Shown here: in pieces, positions 45,218 through 54,946 of the stretch
Layout of the letters: every line of letters starts with the position of its first letter
How positions within the stretch are numbered: position 1 is the first letter of the stretch
Origin: a virus
DNA: 64,000 nucleotides
IMG/VR virus record: IMGVR_UViG_3300044695_004134
Coordinates: 64,001 to 128,000 of that record
Reading direction: 5' to 3' (one strand)
Notes under the pieces: model-generated
Told to the model about the DNA's origin: nothing
The model's database searches: none
What the model saw: only the letters and a program-made list of their open reading frames with translations
Made by a program: the position numbers and the translations under genes

Positions 45218-47245
45218 TTATTGTTTCTGTGAATTGGGTCTGGTCTTAAGAACAGGCTCGATTTCAACGGTGTCACGTGGCTTTCCTGTCATAGTAGTGC
45301 CACCCTGTAATGTAATTTTGGCTGTGGGTAATTTACCACCCTTATCAGTTTTTTCCCAATCATACATGCTTTCATTTTTACCCTTCTTTTTATAGATGGA
45401 TTTAATGATGCGTGCAGATTTCATGTTCTTTTTACGGTGTTCCGATTCCATAGCCTTGACGGAATTTGTAGCTGACATTGGTGAATCTTCGATGCCACCA
45501 ATACCCTCTTGCACAACGTCTTCTTTGACAGACTTCCAACCACCACCTTTTGACTTATACCATTTAGATGCCCAACCGTTTGCATATGCAGAAGGATAAA
45601 CATCAAACTTGGAACGTGCCATTGATTTTGCTCTCGACCAAAGTGCTGGATTCGTTGGACTATTTTTTTCGTCCATTTGTTCAGCTTCTTCATTTTTTGG
45701 AACACAATCGGGTACCATTTTTCCACCCTTCATTTTCATTCCAACTTTTTTGTGAGTGTCCCAACATGCTTCATCAACTTCTTCTTCACTGAGTTTACCC
45801 TTGCCGTAATTTGAAACATTAACGGGTTTACCGCCCTTGCCTGCTCTGTCTGCAACTGGATCATGTCTTCTCTTTGTTGCAACAGCGGCCGCACGTTCAC
45901 TCTTACTGAGTTCAGAGCGTTTTTCTTTTGACATGCATTTTGGTTTTGGTTCACCTGGTTCTCTGGCGCACGGACCTGCTACCTCACCTTTTGAATTGAT
46001 TCTTTTCCAATCACCTTCTGGATCAGTCTTGCTGAACCACTTACGCAAGTCTTCACGTGTGATGTGACTATCAAGTTCTCCATTGTCGTTTTGATTTTTC
46101 AGTTCGTTGATTTTTTTAGCATCATTATCAAACTGTTTTCTAGTAGCTTTCATTATACCAGAAAAGCGTTTGTTACCTTTTGCAACATCACCAGCTTTAT
46201 CAGCGGCAGATGCTTGAGCACCAGCGGCTTTCTTGTAACGACCAAGAAGGTCGGAAGAAAGTTCCTCGATATGTTCAACTTCTTCTGAATGATATTGTTT
46301 TTGAATCTGATTACCATATGCGCTGATATCCAACTTCTTAGGAGTTTTGTCGGCATATGTACCCAAACGTTTGTCCGCATCGGCACGGTTGATACCCTTA
46401 GAACGCTTATTGGCTGTCGCATGATATTCTTTACTGCCAATTTCACCGGCATGACGAGCCACTGCATTTGCGCCGAGTGATTTGTGTGCGGCAGTTTTGT
46501 AACTTTGAAGTGTAGTTGGTTTCAATTCATCAATACGTTCAATTTCCTCTTTGATTGCAACAATTTTATTGTACATGTCCATAGACAATGCACCTTCACC
46601 ACGCATGTTGATTAGATTCTCTACAACTTTGTGTAGGTCCATATCAGTCTTTGCATCTTCACGTGCATACTCCAGAACACGAATTAACAATGGAATGTCC
46701 ATTGTTACGGTATCTTTTTCATCAACCGCTTCTTTCACTGCTTTCTTTTCTTCATTCCAATCATCACCACGCTCACCCATACCCGAGGTTTCTTTCATGT
46801 GGCGCATCTTGAAAATTCTGAATTCTGAAGAACGTGAGTATGCTTTCTTTTGATTTCCGTCCATAGACAAAGGATTCAAACCCTTTGACTTAATGAAAGA
46901 CATTAGAAGACCTGTGCCTGCTTCATCGAGTTGTTCAGTTTCTTCTGTTTTCAGATTTTGCTTATCACGGTCAAAAGTATGACCGGTTTTGTAACGCTTG
47001 AATGCATTTGAACGTGCATATGAAGAACGCTGTGCAAACGTCATAAACTCTGGATTGAATCCAAGTGAACGGATGTACTTCATCAAAAGGCCGTCCTCAT
47101 TTAGGGCTTCCTCTTTGACGGGTTGTGCATATTTTGCAGACCAAGGCTCCATTGGATCCTCGTATGGTGAATCGCCAAGTTTGCCCATAACAGACTCTTT
47201 CTTGGCCTTCAACATATCCTTGACTAATTTACCAGCTTTGCTCAT
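45218..47245 (-). CDS. Modular polyprotein of basic modules with acidic linkers (predicted internal head protein)
   Basis: Repeated EE..(L/I)DE linkers separating K/R-rich modules. Confidence 0.7.
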   Translation of the reverse strand: MSKAGKLVKDMLKAKKESVMGKLGDSPYEDPMEPWSAKYAQPVKEEALNEDGLLMKYIRSLGFNPEFMTFAQRSSYARSNAFKRYKTGHTFDRDKQNLKTEETEQLDEAGTGLLMSFIKSKGLNPLSMDGNQKKAYSRSSEFRIFKMRHMKETSGMGERGDDWNEEKKAVKEAVDEKDTVTMDIPLLIRVLEYAREDAKTDMDLHKVVENLINMRGEGALSMDMYNKIVAIKEEIERIDELKPTTLQSYKTAAHKSLGANAVARHAGEIGSKEYHATANKRSKGINRADADKRLGTYADKTPKKLDISAYGNQIQKQYHSEEVEHIEELSSDLLGRYKKAAGAQASAADKAGDVAKGNKRFSGIMKATRKQFDNDAKKINELKNQNDNGELDSHITREDLRKWFSKTDPEGDWKRINSKGEVAGPCAREPGEPKPKCMSKEKRSELSKSERAAAVATKRRHDPVADRAGKGGKPVNVSNYGKGKLSEEEVDEACWDTHKKVGMKMKGGKMVPDCVPKNEEAEQMDEKNSPTNPALWSRAKSMARSKFDVYPSAYANGWASKWYKSKGGGWKSVKEDVVQEGIGGIEDSPMSATNSVKAMESEHRKKNMKSARIIKSIYKKKGKNESMYDWEKTDKGGKLPTAKITLQGGTTMTGKPRDTVEIEPVLKTRPNSQKQ

Positions 47246-47248
47246 TGC

Positions 47249-48277
47249 TTAGTCCTTTTTAGCGGCCTTCGTTGCTGTTGCATAAATTACAGATTTCGCA
47301 TCTTTACCGTAACGCTCTTTGAAACCTGCAAGAGATTTTTTCATCCCCTTAACGATACGTTCTTTTTCACCAGTTTCACCTTTAGTTAGAGTGCGTTCAT
47401 CAACTTGTTCAACTTCTTCTTTGTTTAGACGAGCAACAGCACGATGTATTCCTTGATTTCTAACTTTCATCTTATGTTTAAATGGCGCTCTAGCTGCGGT
47501 CACTGCATCAGCGGCTGTCTTTAAACCTGCTTGTACTGCATCATGTTTACGTAAAGGATTTTTATTTCTACCTTTTAATGGGTCAAAACCTCCCGTACCA
47601 GAGTTGGTTTTTGCCATTGCTGTTCTTAAAGCAGAATGTACACCCGTGAAGTTTTGGTCATGCTGAAAGTTTTTAGAAAAATCTTTATTAGCAGCATCCT
47701 TGTAACGCTTAAGAGTGTTTTTGCTTAGTTCATCAAGCTGTTCATATTCTTCAGTTTGCATAAAGTTTTCGATATCTTCCGCAGTAAATTCAAGTTCATC
47801 AACTTCTTCCTTAACGTTACCTGCAACGTCTATCATCACTTTCTTTGGAGCAAATGGATTAGAAGTTTTACCTTTAACACGACCAGCGAGTGTATCTGTC
47901 GTTACTTTATCAGGATCAATTTCTTCTTTTTTCACTGGTTCATCATCTTTAACAGGCTTCCTGCTATAAACAGTTCCTGTGGAGATTTTTTTAGAATCAA
48001 ATCCAGCTTTTTCACCCGGTTTGGTAGGAATCTGACTCTTGTAATTTTTATAGTCGAAAGGATTGTTCGCTTCTTCTACACTTTCTTCTTTCATTGGCTT
48101 CTTTTCACCACGAAGAATTTTGAAGTCGTGAGCATCAATCTTATTATTCTTATTTTTATCAATCTTGTGTTGATTGCCCTTGAGTGCTTCCATCTTAGCC
48201 TTAAAATCGGCTTCATTGATATCTTTGATGAGGTCAGCAACAACATCGGTTTGGGTGAATACGTTTTTGTTGAACAT
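47249..48277 (-). CDS. Modular polyprotein (predicted internal head protein)
   Basis: EEYEQLDELSKNTLKRY, EEVEQVDERTL, EESVEEANN linkers. Confidence 0.7.
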   Translation of the reverse strand: MFNKNVFTQTDVVADLIKDINEADFKAKMEALKGNQHKIDKNKNNKIDAHDFKILRGEKKPMKEESVEEANNPFDYKNYKSQIPTKPGEKAGFDSKKISTGTVYSRKPVKDDEPVKKEEIDPDKVTTDTLAGRVKGKTSNPFAPKKVMIDVAGNVKEEVDELEFTAEDIENFMQTEEYEQLDELSKNTLKRYKDAANKDFSKNFQHDQNFTGVHSALRTAMAKTNSGTGGFDPLKGRNKNPLRKHDAVQAGLKTAADAVTAARAPFKHKMKVRNQGIHRAVARLNKEEVEQVDERTLTKGETGEKERIVKGMKKSLAGFKERYGKDAKSVIYATATKAAKKD

Positions 48278-48293
48278 TTGTGTCTCCGTTAAA

Positions 48294-48587
48294 TTAGCAG
48301 TTCCATTTGCGTAGTGATAATGCTTTTCTAGTTGGTCTACCTTTTTCGTCCTTCATTGGACCTGGCATTCCACCCATTCTAGCACAGAATGATTTTCTTC
48401 TATTGGCAGCTTTGCTTCCGGGTTTTAATTTGGAAGGTGGCGTAGTTACAGCCATCGATAACTTAGAACCTGGATTTTCTCTACGATAGGAAGCAATACC
48501 CTTCTGGTTCAAACCACCTTCTGGGTTTTTACCTTCTTTGCGCTTCCAAGCGGCAGATTCTTCTAGAAATTTTTTGAAACTTATCAT
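48294..48587 (-). CDS. Small basic protein with CTS-like N-terminus (DUF6321-like)
   Basis: MISFKKFLEE; RRKSFCARM...WNC. Confidence 0.7.
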   Translation of the reverse strand: MISFKKFLEESAAWKRKEGKNPEGGLNQKGIASYRRENPGSKLSMAVTTPPSKLKPGSKAANRRKSFCARMGGMPGPMKDEKGRPTRKALSLRKWNC

Positions 48588-50497
48588 TTCTTTTTCTTCT
48601 TTGTTGGAGGATTAACGGGTATCTTATTCAGAGTATCCATTGGTTCTTTATTCGATGGTCCGTAATAGCCACCGGTGACTCCCATTTCTGTGCTAGGAGA
48701 ATCAATTGATTCTTTTCTAAACTTATTGAAAGATTTGCGTGTCACCTCTGCGGTACTATCATATTTATGTTCAGTCTGTTCTCTATATGTCACTTGACCA
48801 AGACCAGCCATTGGATAAACTGTACCAGAACCACGTGTATCATATTCGGGAGATACACCTGCCACCTTTAAGACTTTGCCTGCTTCGGCGTTTGAGGTTT
48901 TCTGCCTCTTGGATTTTTGTTTGTCTGCGTCTTGCTGGAAGCGGGGTTCTTTTGCTGGACCTTTGGTGGTGATGGTTGGGCTACTGCTTTCGTAGGTTCT
49001 GAAGGTGTAGCTGGAGTTTGAGGTAATTCCTCCGTCTTTAATGTCGTCTGGCTTACCTTGTCTTCTGACAAGTTCGCAACTTGGACAGATGTTGTCGGCA
49101 AGTCTGTAGCGTTTGTAAGAACCGCTTTTTTGGTCGGACCGTCCAGAGGATGTGGCTTTGTCTCCACAGGTGCAACTTGGTCCTTCGGCAAGAACAGCTT
49201 TGCTATTTGTTTTAGTTTCTGAAACATATTTTTTGTATCCCTTTTCTAATGTAGGTTTTGTTATAAAGTTTTCAAACATCTTATTGATGTTGTGTTTTTT
49301 GTGCCTAACCCTCCAAGATTCGGCGATTTCATTCTCAACGGGGGTATCAAAGAACCAGTTAGTCATTTCATATATGATAGAAATGTCTTCCTCTTTCTCT
49401 GACGTTTCAATTTCATTTGCTTCATTCAAGTCGATAGAGTTGTCAAACTCCAAATACTTTCTGAATTCCTGATTGAATTTCTCTGCAACAAGTTGTGTTA
49501 CTTCCCATCTTTCTTGGCGAACAGATTCAGCCATCATTCTTTCATGGCCCTCGTTACGCTTTCTTGATGATTCATTTGTTGTGTTAACAAAAACCATCAT
49601 AGTTTCGTAGCCGAGTTCTTCGAGTTCTTCACGAATGGCAATAATGTTGTATTGTTCGTTTGTTGTACCAGTGATAATCAAAGGCTGACGCTGGCGGATT
49701 GCTTCACGGCGAGTGTCACGTGAAAACTCATAGAGTTTATGTTTGTCGTTGAGAATTGATATTGCTGTCGTTGAAGTAATTTCAACTGCATTTTGTTCAG
49801 CAATAGCTTCACGTATAACAATATCTTTGCCTGAACCTGGACCACCAGAAATAAAAATAGCTTTGAACATTCCGTGGTTCACGTTTTCGTGTATACCCAT
49901 ACCTTTGCGAACATCACGGAATAATTCTTTGGCATGTTTCTCTTGCACATGTGGTGGAATACCCTGACGGAAAGAAGCAAAATCACCACTGTTTGCATGT
50001 TCACGCATTTTCGATGCTGACATACCTTCTGCACCCTCGGCATCGGGGTCACGGTGACCGGCAGACTTTACCTCAATCTTTTTGAAGTTGTAAAGTTTAC
50101 CTGGACCCTCACCATTGTATTGGTGGAGTTTCTTTTCATATTCCGGAATACGGTCTGAGCCTGCAACCATTACTAAATGGTCATGACCCATAGCATGTAG
50201 TCTAGCCGCATGTTGCAAGAATGTTGGCATTTCTTTGCTGGAAGATTCGATGTTAGCACCAGGAAAGAAACGTTTTGCGTGTAGCAATTTACGTTTAACG
50301 TCTAATGGATTCTTCTTAGCATCCACAGAATGTGAAATAACAACATGGTGAGGTGCATTATAATCGTGTGCGATTTCTTGAACACGGTTAACCAACTTTT
50401 CGTGACCAATAGTTGGTGGATTCATACGTCCAAAAGCCATAACAACAGGCTTGTTTGTTTGCATGTCTTCTTCTATTTTTTGTAAAAACTTTTTCAT
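48584..50497 (-). CDS. HIGH-family nucleotidyltransferase fused to a P-loop kinase
   Basis: FGRMNPPTIGH, VAGSDR, MSASKMR; GGPGSGKD. Confidence 0.85.
   Translation of the reverse strand: MKKFLQKIEEDMQTNKPVVMAFGRMNPPTIGHEKLVNRVQEIAHDYNAPHHVVISHSVDAKKNPLDVKRKLLHAKRFFPGANIESSSKEMPTFLQHAARLHAMGHDHLVMVAGSDRIPEYEKKLHQYNGEGPGKLYNFKKIEVKSAGHRDPDAEGAEGMSASKMREHANSGDFASFRQGIPPHVQEKHAKELFRDVRKGMGIHENVNHGMFKAIFISGGPGSGKDIVIREAIAEQNAVEITSTTAISILNDKHKLYEFSRDTRREAIRQRQPLIITGTTNEQYNIIAIREELEELGYETMMVFVNTTNESSRKRNEGHERMMAESVRQERWEVTQLVAEKFNQEFRKYLEFDNSIDLNEANEIETSEKEEDISIIYEMTNWFFDTPVENEIAESWRVRHKKHNINKMFENFITKPTLEKGYKKYVSETKTNSKAVLAEGPSCTCGDKATSSGRSDQKSGSYKRYRLADNICPSCELVRRQGKPDDIKDGGITSNSSYTFRTYESSSPTITTKGPAKEPRFQQDADKQKSKRQKTSNAEAGKVLKVAGVSPEYDTRGSGTVYPMAGLGQVTYREQTEHKYDSTAEVTRKSFNKFRKESIDSPSTEMGVTGGYYGPSNKEPMDTLNKIPVNPPTKKKKK
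48868..49227 (-). CDS. Candidate overprinted gene in an alternative frame
   Basis: AAGGGA 10 nt upstream; amphipathic N-terminus; P/K/T/Q-rich tail. Confidence 0.4.
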   Translation of the reverse strand: MFQKLKQIAKLFLPKDQVAPVETKPHPLDGPTKKAVLTNATDLPTTSVQVANLSEDKVSQTTLKTEELPQTPATPSEPTKAVAQPSPPKVQQKNPASSKTQTNKNPRGRKPQTPKQAKS

Positions 50498-51690
50498 ATG
50501 TTTCTGATTCCTGCAAAGTTTCTACGGGAAAATTCTGCACGATTAACAAATTTATCTGATTCTTTTCCATGATGAAAGACATAACCTTCTGGATTAGCCG
50601 CTTCACCACCATGTTCATGTTGAAACTCTTGGTGCTGATTCATTACATTAATGAGCACATTTTTTGCTTTCTGTAAATGCTGGTGCATCTTAAACAAATT
50701 ATTGTAGTGTTTTCGGTTTCGGTCAACTTTACCCAATTCATCTTTTAAATCATTTTGTTTAGAAGTTCGGTTCTTTTCAACTTTCAGCTTGTCGATTTCT
50801 TTATTCTTCTTATTTTCTAACCAATTGGAAAAATTCTGATGGTTTGGCGTTTCACCTGTACGAACAGTGTGGTTCATATAAGTTTCTAAGTGGCCACCGG
50901 CACCGTGATGTGTTGATGTTCCTGCATACATGTCCGAACCATGTGTATCATGCACAGATTGTGCGGCCGCAATGTGTTTGTTGAATTCAGCACGATCTTT
51001 AGGACCGAAATGTACTTTTGATGTATCCATTCTAGGATCAACCGAGAATACATCAGAGTGTGGTTTGAAATTTTCATGGTCAACTTCATGTGAAGCATTC
51101 AGGCTTCCCGCATCTTTACCTGTATATGAAAGGTGTGTAACAACACCAATCTTTGCTTTTTTAACTGAGTCACCATGTGTTCCATGTGCAGTATAGGTCA
51201 AGCCGGATGGATTTGGATGAAAAGAAACACCACCACTCTTTGTTGGCGTTTTATCTTCGTGTGAGAACATCATGTCACCTTGATATACACCTTTTTTAGG
51301 TGCAACTTTGGGTAAATGCTTTAGTGCATCTCCTAATTTCTTTACTAAACCAGGTGCGTGTCCGTGGTTTTTTTCGATATCAGCAGATGTGTAATTAATT
51401 TTTGGTGTCTTATTGAATGCTGATTTTGATGCTACAAAAAACTTACCTGTCTCTGGGTGATGGCCATACACAATAGCAGGAGAACCATCATACTTTGTTG
51501 TAAGTTCGGAAGTTTTTTTACCCTGCTGTATATGTTGCGCGGCCGCAGTTAATGAAACGATAGCATGTTTAGCACCACTCTCTCCGTTCTGGAGTGGGCG
51601 ATCTTCTATGTGCGTAAGATGTTTAATCTGACGGCTTGCTCCTTCTTCAGGATCTTCTTGCTCTTTTAAAAATATATTAAATGTTTTCAT
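50494..51690 (-). CDS. ATP-dependent ligase-superfamily protein (DUF6267-like)
   Basis: TKYDGSP, VASKS, YQGD, EGYV, KFV in ligase motif order. Confidence 0.65.
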   Translation of the reverse strand: MKTFNIFLKEQEDPEEGASRQIKHLTHIEDRPLQNGESGAKHAIVSLTAAAQHIQQGKKTSELTTKYDGSPAIVYGHHPETGKFFVASKSAFNKTPKINYTSADIEKNHGHAPGLVKKLGDALKHLPKVAPKKGVYQGDMMFSHEDKTPTKSGGVSFHPNPSGLTYTAHGTHGDSVKKAKIGVVTHLSYTGKDAGSLNASHEVDHENFKPHSDVFSVDPRMDTSKVHFGPKDRAEFNKHIAAAQSVHDTHGSDMYAGTSTHHGAGGHLETYMNHTVRTGETPNHQNFSNWLENKKNKEIDKLKVEKNRTSKQNDLKDELGKVDRNRKHYNNLFKMHQHLQKAKNVLINVMNQHQEFQHEHGGEAANPEGYVFHHGKESDKFVNRAEFSRRNFAGIRNI

Positions 51691-51691
51691 A

Positions 51692-53029
51692 TTAGTGAAC
51701 TTTGGCTGGAATTACGTTCCAACCATGTACGTCCGATTTGAATGCATTGCTTTTAGTTTTAGGTGAATAGTGTGCTAAGGTGGTCAAACTTCCGTCTTTT
51801 TCAACCTTATGTATGCTCACTCTATCACCATGTTGTGTGGCGGCATATTTCGAATTTTTATTTTTAAACACTCTATTCAGAGGTGATTCACTTCCTGAAG
51901 TAACAGTTGCATGTACTTTAGTTAAAGTGTCACCTTTAGCATGTATTTTTGACCAAGGCATACTTGTTGTTGGAGTCAAATGATTCTGCAACATTTTTCC
52001 AATCATATTATGACCTTCTTGACCAATATTATTTATTAAATGTGATAGGTGGTCATGAAATTCCGATGAAATTTTTGTTTTAACTGGTTTTGCTTTTTCG
52101 TTTGCCGTGGATTCCAAATCTGTCATTTTTTGATCGGATTTCTTTTTCTTCCTTTCAACGTCTAGTATTCTTGATCTATTGGCCGCAGAAATATCACCAT
52201 AACCCATGGCCTTATGTACTTTTCGTAATCCATCTCTGGAAACTTTTTCCGAATCAAGCACCCTGGTTTCGTGGTGTAAAATACCCTTCATATCAATAGC
52301 AGGATTCTTCGCTGTGATAGCACTAGATTTACTTGACGATTTTAACGAAAAACCTTCATAGTGTGAATCATCAGGTGTTCTGGCGAGTGAAGAATTTTTA
52401 ACTTCAACTGCAATGTCTGATGGATTTTCTTGCGAGTCGTTATGTTTACCTTTAGTGAAACGTCCAATATCACCAAGTTTTGATGTGTGGCCAACATCAG
52501 TGATCTTTGCATCAGGACCATGTTTTAACATTATTGCTTCTAAGGCGGCACTAGCCATCTCTTGGCCATGTCGTTTTCTAATACCAACTTGCTGTGCATT
52601 TTTTCCCACGGCTAGTTTACGAATAGCTTCTTCGTGTGGTTGAGTTTCTTTATAATGTTCATCAGTTCCATATGTACCCAAATCTTTATGTTTGTGGCCT
52701 AACATATGAATGGCAGCAGAGTATTCTGAGATTTTTCCTGCGGAATCTGGTGTCAATCCAGCTTCTTCATGTAAAGATTCGGAATCGTAACCCGCTTTTT
52801 CTAAGTCCGACTTTGATGGTGTATCTGATCCATTCGACCAGTGTACGAGTTTGGTTACCTGATTTAAATCTTTATTAAAAAATACCGCGTGTTTGCCGCG
52901 GACATTATTAAACACATGAACATTAATATCATGACCATCTGAAGTTTTATAGGAATGGTGTGGCTTTAGTGCCGAGTATTTGTGGTCTTCACCGAAACTT
53001 TCATTAAGCCAGTGTCTAAAGGGTTTCAT
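51692..53029 (-). CDS. Hypothetical protein with CTS-like N-terminus and possible PD-(D/E)xK-like nuclease motif
   Basis: MKPFRHWLNE; NPSDIAVE...GFSLK. Confidence 0.55.
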   Translation of the reverse strand: MKPFRHWLNESFGEDHKYSALKPHHSYKTSDGHDINVHVFNNVRGKHAVFFNKDLNQVTKLVHWSNGSDTPSKSDLEKAGYDSESLHEEAGLTPDSAGKISEYSAAIHMLGHKHKDLGTYGTDEHYKETQPHEEAIRKLAVGKNAQQVGIRKRHGQEMASAALEAIMLKHGPDAKITDVGHTSKLGDIGRFTKGKHNDSQENPSDIAVEVKNSSLARTPDDSHYEGFSLKSSSKSSAITAKNPAIDMKGILHHETRVLDSEKVSRDGLRKVHKAMGYGDISAANRSRILDVERKKKKSDQKMTDLESTANEKAKPVKTKISSEFHDHLSHLINNIGQEGHNMIGKMLQNHLTPTTSMPWSKIHAKGDTLTKVHATVTSGSESPLNRVFKNKNSKYAATQHGDRVSIHKVEKDGSLTTLAHYSPKTKSNAFKSDVHGWNVIPAKVH

Positions 53030-53080
53030 TTATTACTCTCCGAGATGCGACTGTCAACACACTTTGGTCAACTCTTTACT

Positions 53081-53088
53081 TATTTAGT
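53081..53088 (-). promoter_or_regulatory. T4-type late-promoter-like motif ACTAAATA
   Basis: About 50 nt upstream of the 53029 start. Confidence 0.5.
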
Positions 53089-53809
53089 AACCCCAAATCT
53101 TAATATCCACCCATTTATCCATATCTTCTCTAATCAAGGAATGCTTTCCAATGTTAAATTTACCATCCGTAAAAGGGTGGTCAATATCAATACGTTCAAC
53201 TGGTATAGAATTTCTTAGTAGTTGCTCATGTAGCATTTCGTGGCCACAAAGAGGAACACCGAGGCGCCTCAAATTTAAATATGTTGAAGCGTAAACATTC
53301 ATTGTGTCTGGATCAGCAATGGCAAATTGGTCATTCAATAATGGATTAGGTCCATCAGTGTCTTTCGATATATACACTTTGCCTTTTTCCAGAGAAGAAA
53401 AGTCTATGACTTTATTGAGTGCTAGGTCAAACCTACTTCGTATAACAAAGTCATATTTTACATCATTTAAAACTTGATGGCGAATTCTCAGGTCGTTTGC
53501 TTTATAAATTGAATAAAACATTGACGTACAGAAATTAGCTGGATGTGAAGCATTCGGAACAAACATGTCGGAGTTTGTTGTTGCCGGTAATGGCATATCG
53601 TATGCCAGATATATTGGATCGTAGATGAAATTTATATCTTCATACATCTTCATCTGGATTATACCACCCTGTGGTTTCCATGTATGGCAGAAAACATCTA
53701 CATTGTAAATATCTAAAAGATTTCTCTTAATGTAGTTTTTTGCTTGAAATAAACTTCTAGCTTGTCCCGACAGACACAGTGCTAGTTTCAGAGATGAATT
53801 TTTCGACAT
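53084..53809 (-). CDS. Putative glycosyltransferase-like protein
   Basis: LCLSGQAR, DVFCHTW, SMFYSI, YDFVIRSRFD; start uncertain. Confidence 0.6.
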   Translation of the reverse strand: MSKNSSLKLALCLSGQARSLFQAKNYIKRNLLDIYNVDVFCHTWKPQGGIIQMKMYEDINFIYDPIYLAYDMPLPATTNSDMFVPNASHPANFCTSMFYSIYKANDLRIRHQVLNDVKYDFVIRSRFDLALNKVIDFSSLEKGKVYISKDTDGPNPLLNDQFAIADPDTMNVYASTYLNLRRLGVPLCGHEMLHEQLLRNSIPVERIDIDHPFTDGKFNIGKHSLIREDMDKWVDIKIWGY

Positions 53810-54236
53810 AATCAGTACAGACTCCAATAAGGTTTCGACCCTTTATATATTCCCAATAGGAAGGACACCTTTCAGGCATGACCGCAACTGATTTGCTTGT
53901 TAATTTTTTTCCGGGATATGTCCAAATAACATCATTTGATGTTAGTGTGAAATCATCTTCTTGGTGCCAAAAATAAACATACTTGAATGGTCTACCAATT
54001 AATTCGTGTAGTGCATCTAAGTTTTTACAGTGTAGCCAAAGGCCTTGTTTGCCGATGAATTCTTCTTTGACCATATATTGTGGCTCATCATGCCCCAGCC
54101 ACCACTGGTCTTTTATCCACCAAAGATCAATCTCACAGTCATATCCTTTTTCCAACGCCAATAGGATTTGACTGGGACGATTTTCTTTTCCTTTGTCGGG
54201 TCCTTCAAATAGACCACGATGTGCAATCATTTTCAT
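53757..54236 (-). CDS. GDPD/PI-PLC-like phosphodiesterase
   Basis: IAHRG, EIDLW, LGHDEP, HCKN, GVCTD. Confidence 0.75.
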   Translation of the reverse strand: MKMIAHRGLFEGPDKGKENRPSQILLALEKGYDCEIDLWWIKDQWWLGHDEPQYMVKEEFIGKQGLWLHCKNLDALHELIGRPFKYVYFWHQEDDFTLTSNDVIWTYPGKKLTSKSVAVMPERCPSYWEYIKGRNLIGVCTDYVEKFISETSTVSVGTS

Positions 54237-54946
54237 TGATAGAGACTCTTGTGTTTGTATTCACCAAGTGGTGTATGCATAATCGTTTTGTTAATCATAA
54301 ATTCTTCCCATGGCAATCCAAGTCTGCGGATGAATTGTTCAGAGATAACATGTGGACACAAAAGACCGGTTTCATTATAAACTTGTGGTAAGAAATGCAA
54401 CACTTTTGAAAATAGACACATTGAGAAGAAATTACCAACTTGAATCATGTCAGATGTTCCCTGACCCATATGGTTTCTATAGCCGAGTGTATAGAATTTT
54501 TGTGGATTGAAATCTGGTAATGGTTCATTGAAAGTTAAATCTGGACGCATACGAATGACTAAATCATATTGCTTACCAGTTTTAAACATATGGTCTTCAA
54601 GCATTAACATACCTGATCCAAGTTTATACAACATGGAGACAATGTTCTTGGGTACATGATAAAAGTTTTTATAAAACTCGGCACGTTTAGCAAAGTCTTC
54701 TTTGTGGTCATTATAATCTTCAACAATGAAATCGATGGGTTTGTATGTTTCAATGATTGCTTCATTATCAATCATTGGTGCATCATCAACAATTCCAGCT
54801 TCGCTGTGTGGGTCCCAGTATGCTTCATCGCCCCATGTGTGTATGAAAATATCTGGATTATATCTGTCAACGATATGTTCTTTAAAATTGGGATAAACTT
54901 GTTCCCAACAACGCATGTGACCTGTCAATACTACTGCTACGTTCAT
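54233..54946 (-). CDS. Putative glycosyltransferase-like protein (paralogue of 53084)
   Basis: VLTGHMR, DIFIHTW, SMLYK, YDLVIRMRPD. Confidence 0.6.
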   Translation of the reverse strand: MNVAVVLTGHMRCWEQVYPNFKEHIVDRYNPDIFIHTWGDEAYWDPHSEAGIVDDAPMIDNEAIIETYKPIDFIVEDYNDHKEDFAKRAEFYKNFYHVPKNIVSMLYKLGSGMLMLEDHMFKTGKQYDLVIRMRPDLTFNEPLPDFNPQKFYTLGYRNHMGQGTSDMIQVGNFFSMCLFSKVLHFLPQVYNETGLLCPHVISEQFIRRLGLPWEEFMINKTIMHTPLGEYKHKSLYQ

